Source: Saccostrea echinata (taxonomy: Eukaryota). From it: a stretch of DNA of 64,000 nt. The notes beneath the pieces are model-generated. The model was not told the origin of the DNA, did not search any database, and saw only the letters and a list, made by a program, of their open reading frames with translations. The stretch lies in NCBI RefSeq assembly GCF_033153115.1, contig NW_026889758.1:38316001-38380000 (forward strand). Reading direction: 5' to 3'. How positions within the stretch are numbered: position 1 is the first letter of the stretch; each line of letters starts with the position of its first letter. Positions 58,701 to 64,000 of the stretch are shown one piece after another. The translations under genes and the position numbers were made by a program.

Positions 58701-61700
58701 ATTATTATTTTTCATAATCGATCATCAGTAACGAACTTTTTATAAAATACAATCTGGAATTATCCGTTCCCAGTTTAAAATTAAATGAAAGAAAAATGGC
58801 ATCTTATGTGTTATAAAGCCAACTAGCACAAAGCATAGGTGATTAAGAACCAAAAGGTACAAATATAGAAAGTGTAAAAGAAGCAAAACAACAAAGAAAA
58901 CAATATATTTTATATATTCATGTTAAAGAAATAAAATGAAATACTTGTAATAGTCTGCTTTTTATATACAAAACTATTACATCCGATTATAATCAGAAAA
59001 ATCACATCGGAAGCAGTAACCAATTCCAACCGATGATCAGTTAAAAAAATTACCCGATGTCCCATCACTAGTAGTCACAAGTAATTGCACAGTTTTCAGT
59101 GCAATTTTCAGTTCATATACCGGTAGCAATGCAAAATAAATTTAATCAGTGAGTTAATATATAGCTGTATTATTGAGAAGGCACTAAGAAATTGATGGAC
59201 TAAGAAATTCTCATAGATGTACACAAAAGCAGTAGGCCTATCCACTTTTAGGCCATCACTAAAAAATATCTTTGTTTCCCCTAACCCGACCCTAAAATCT
59301 CAAGTTGGGTAGGTAGGTAGGTAAATAATTTTTTTTTCTGACAGAAGCTTTGAAAATACCTTCTGAAATTTAATGGAATAATACCTTTATATTAAAATAA
59401 GATCAGTACAAAAGAAAGCGATTTGTAAACAGAACATCATACAAATGCTGTTTAAAAGCAAAATTTAAGGTAAATTAATTCACAACTATTATCAAATTGA
59501 ACTTGTGAAATATCTGATGCCAGTGTAAATTTATTGAAATCGAATAATTAAAAAACAAGATTTTCAGATACTAGTACGCAAAGACCGACATCCGAGTATA
59601 TTTTTCAAACCTCTAAATTTAATGTCTAAAATGTCATTGAAAATACTGAATCCAATCCATTTGCATTAAAAATATTTAGTTATATTCAGTGTAATTTCCT
59701 TAATGAAATCCAGTGGAAATCTGCAATATTAAATACCCTACTGTGCGGTGGAATACACAGTAGGAACTATATGCATTTTCAATACTTTAGGAACCAAAAT
59801 GTATATTGTTTTGGCTCAATTAACATGTCTGATCTTTTCTTCAGAAAAATAAGTGATTTAAATTTTTTTTGGAAAAATATTAGTGCTCTCATATATATTA
59901 TATATTGTATATATATAAGACTGTAAGTTCTATGGTTCAAAAGTTTCTAGGAAAGCTAAAGTTTTTGACAGAAATGACAGATTTGCAGACAGTACAAAAA
60001 CAATACGCCTCCAGATCTGTGATCTTGAGGCATAAAAAAACTTTTAGAGCAAATGCATGTACATTGTACAAGTACCAGCTACATCAATCCTAACTCCTTT
60101 CGAAACTCTTTGCATCTTGGTTGTCAAATGCACTGGGGTTTCATTTTGGCACATTTTAAAATAATGTTTTGAGTTTTTTCACCTCCATTGTAGAATTTCA
60201 ATCTTTTTCATAGGTACCAGTCTATATGGTGTAGCAGATCTTGAGGCACTGGTCAGAGATACCCACAAATTTGAGAGTCGGTACATTGATAACCTTGTTG
60301 CTCCTTACAGTGAAGAAACCAAAAAGATTTATGATGAACGCTCTCCTATCCATTATGTTGATAAACTCAACTGTGCAATGGCATTCTTTCAGGGAGATGA
60401 AGACAAGGTTAGTTATTTAATATATACATGTAAATTGAATCTAAAAAATGCACAAATTTTATCAGCAATGATTAGGTCAAAAAATGACATCTTTATTCAG
60501 TATTTGAATATTGATAATTTTCATTATATTGGGAAGTTATATGATGGAGTATATTAATCTACTGTGAATACGTAAATTCTCAGATTGTTCCACCAAATCA
60601 AGCAGAAATGATGTATGAAGCTGTAAAAGCCAAAGGCTTGCCAACAGTATTGGTCATGTTCAAAGGTAAGGCAATAAAAAAGAGCAGAAAATAGCATTTC
60701 TTTTTTTTTTTATTTGATTTTTAACTCACCTGAGCTTTCACCAGAGCTGAAAGCTCAATTGAGCTTTTTAAATCACATTTTGTCTGTCTCTTCATCTGTA
60801 AATTTTTCACATTTTTAACTTCTTTTCAACCAATTTCAAGCAGACTTGCCACAAAACATTCTTGGGTAAGGGGGATTTAAAATTGCTCAAATGGAGGCCC
60901 ATGTCCTCTTTCAAGGGGAGATAATTAAGAATTAGGGAAAATTTAATGGCATCTTTGTAAATATCTTTTGTCAAAAACCACTGTGCCACATGAGATGAAA
61001 CTTATAAATAAGCTTCATTACATAGTGTAGATTCAAATTTGTACAAATCATGACCCTCCAGAGGTAAAGGGTAAGGCAACAATGGGCGATCAAAGTTTTA
61101 CATAGGAACATGTAGCAAAAATCTGGAAAAATTTTCTTCTCAAGAACATGAAAGCAATTATTAGTCATATTTATATAGAATCATTCTCAGGTAGTGTAGA
61201 TTTAGGGTGGGGACACAATTGGTGATCAATGTATTACATTAAAATATTCAGAAATTTTTTTTAAAAAAATCTTCCTCTCAGGAACAGAAAAGCCATTATT
61301 TTAACTATGTTAAAATATTGTCATACCTAGATAGATATTAACTTTCTAATAGAAAATTGACATTTTCAGAGTATGGGTGCAAAAGGGAAATAACATCTTC
61401 TTTTCTGCTTGAAAAATAGAAAATCAAGTTCTTCCACTGATCAATACATGAATAAAATTCATCAATGCAGCAGTGTTTGACCTTAGATGCAGCTGTGCCT
61501 TAGAACCTGTAGATTTTTTTTTATCGACCTCATGCTTTTATTTTATCATGATTATTGTAAGACATTCATAATTTTTTTTTTTCTGAGGAGTTAAATTAGC
61601 TAGGATATAACATGAACTTAGATTAGGTGCAAAATGTGTATTCACTAATTCTATCATAATTGTGGTATTCTCTACAGTTTTCCTATATTAACTCTTGCAC

Positions 61701-62134
61701 ACCAAACAATAAACATATTATCCTTTAATATATTTCAGGAGAGCAACATGGTTTCAGAAAAGCTGAGAATATACAGACAGCCCTGGATGGGGAATTCTAT
61801 TTCTTTGCTAAAGTATTTGGCTTTGAGCCAGCTGATAAACACATGTCTGTAAGTCTCTGTTTGATCACTGAAATGTGCATAATAACATTTTTCATCTTAT
61901 GACCCTAATAAGGTCATTTTTAGTGAAGCAGGTATAAATTATGCTCAGTCAAGAGGATGTCGGTAGTGTGGAATAACACACACTGTCAATCTTACCTCAA
62001 ATGTTTAACAATTACCTTTCAAAATTATAATCCTTATAGATACAGTAATTTATATTGATCATTGAAAACAGGAGTTTGTTTAATCATGACTTTTTTTTTC
62101 TTTTCAGCTTGACATTAAAAATCTGAAAGGATGA
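55701..62134 (+). pseudogene. 5'-truncated duplicate of the S9 peptidase (catalytic domain exons only)
   Basis: Exons 55701-55794 (partial exon 8), 56559-56685, 57306-57460, 60214-60407, 60584-60665, 61739-61848, 62108-62134; Ser/Asp/His motifs intact; no native start, promoter or propeller exons. Confidence 0.8.
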
Positions 62135-64000
62135 GATGACATACATTTATTTAAAAAAAAGACTATTTAGTCAGAATGCAATTAAATGGACACCTGTTTG
62201 ATACATTAAAGCAAATTTTATATCCAGATTTTACATATTTTGACTTTTGCATTGATGATAAATGAGTAAAGTGCACTGATTGCTTAATGCATGATAAATT
62301 TTAAAAGATGATCCCCATGATGTGCCCTTACAGCTTCTCTTAAAAAAAAATGGATTGGTTCACAGTCTGTAAGCACCTCACTGTACATAAATAAGTTTTG
62401 TTATATAGATCCCTTTTTAACTCCAGTCCAATTTACTTACATAGCATGTTTCAATTTCAATGTAATAATCAATACAATCTTTGATCTGATTCCAGCTTTG
62501 ACTTGTGCATACAAATTCATAAAAGCAATTTTTTGAAAATTCATCCTATCATACTCAGTGAAATTGAATGGAATGATTTATCTGTACATAAAAAAATGGC
62601 TCCAACACTCTGAATGCCTTCAAGCAATAAATTAAAAATGAAACAATGTCTAAATAATTTGTGATTATCAATTGTTTGTCTACATGTATGTATATTTATG
62701 TTTATGGTCAGGAGGCCCTGGGAAAGAATATTTCTTGTACTAATCATGTTACATTTTTTTAAATAAAGTTTTACTATTATTATTATTGATTTTGTTATAT
62801 TATTATTTTTAAGAATATTGCGATGGTCTAGGGGTTTGTTTGCCGGTGGCCAGTGATATCTCAGTTGATTCAGTAGGCCTAGGTTTGATTCAGGTCTTGT
62901 CTGCTGAATTTTCTCCCTTCCTGGTGGTGCTTAATCATTCACTGGAATTAACAGGTAAAAGATGTGGCAGGGAGGAGTCTGGGTTGCTTTCTTTGGAGGG
63001 TGATGACTAGTGATGACATTTAAGGAGTAAAGCAGTAAGGGGTTGATTAAATTGCTCAATTGGTAAAGCACTTTTCTAAAATTTTGAGGACCCAGTTTGA
63101 ATCCTGATCTGTTCCATCACATTGTCTCCCTTTTCATATCTAATGTGTGAAGAATTGTATTAATTTTAAAATTTGTATGCTGAAATATCGAATTCGTATA
63201 ATTTGAAGTATGGCAAAAACAGATTTCTTTTCAAACGGTTTAATAAACAAGAAATGGTATTTAAAAGTTACTGTTCACAAATCATTGCAAAATTATATTT
63301 TTAATTGAGAACTGTTTTTTGATTTATACATAACCAAAGAAATGTCTCCATTTTCACTTCTTAAAATATTTTTACATATATAAGTGAAATATTTCTAATT
63401 TACTTCTTTTCTTTAATTAAGTTTAATTAAAAGTCATTATGTTTCATTCAATTAATCCTAGATTTTCTTTTGGAAATTACGTACATAGTTTAATTAAATG
63501 GCCACTTTTGGGCTTCATGGCAGAATCACTCATACAGACGTTTTACTGTACATGAGTGATTCTTATCACGCAAAGAGGTGTTAAGAAAATTAGTCTCCTG
63601 TAAGGCTTTGACTAACGGCATCAAGATTGACACTAAGTATTGAAATCATTCTATTGTATGATTAACATTTATATATCTAATGACAACTTTAACCTGAGGT
63701 CGTGCTTATTTAAACAATGAAATGCTTTCTGACATTTTATTGTTCATGTTGTTTATATCTGTATAAATTTTAATGACCGTGTTAAGTTAAATATTGTATA
63801 ATTGATTAGTACGTCATTGTATGTTTCACTGAATGCAGATAGAAGATCTGCTGCTCAGATTACGTGTAACATAACAAATGAACTTCGGCAAAGAGACAAA
63901 GAACTCTGCAGGTAAACCTTCAATCTTGGAATACAAGTAGTCAGTTCATGGCACATTCATTAAAAAAAACATGACGTTTTCTTTTGTGTCTCGCGTACTT
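55701..64000 (+). repeat. Tandem segmental duplication of 44126 onward (period 11,575 bp), apparently identical
   Basis: Constant offset of 11575 for all ORFs and landmarks from 44126/55701 to 52425/64000. Confidence 0.97.

Overview
AT-rich eukaryotic genomic DNA with GT-AG introns. It is most likely an oyster (Ostreidae), inferred from Cg170/HindIII-like ~166-bp satellite monomers carried in Helentron/pearl-type elements. Contents: (1) the 5' part of NVL (type II AAA+ ATPase) on the minus strand, 16 exons from ATG 18704 running off the left edge; its 12.3-kb intron holds three antisense two-exon copies of a 132-aa gene I cannot name (copy 3 has a premature TAG); (2) head-to-head with NVL, a 3-exon gene for a 100-aa protein resembling a stand-alone AAR2 N-terminal domain; (3) a TE-rich interval with a CR1-type LINE split by a long-TIR element lacking a TSD, foldbacks and minisatellite-filled MITEs; (4) a complete 14-exon, 658-aa S9C-type peptidase gene (31742-50559, +); (5) an apparently identical 11,575-bp tandem duplication starting mid-exon 8 that joins the peptidase catalytic half to a degenerate coding relic. 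Exon structures were assembled by hand and checked for phase. Family names come from motif recognition, not database searches.
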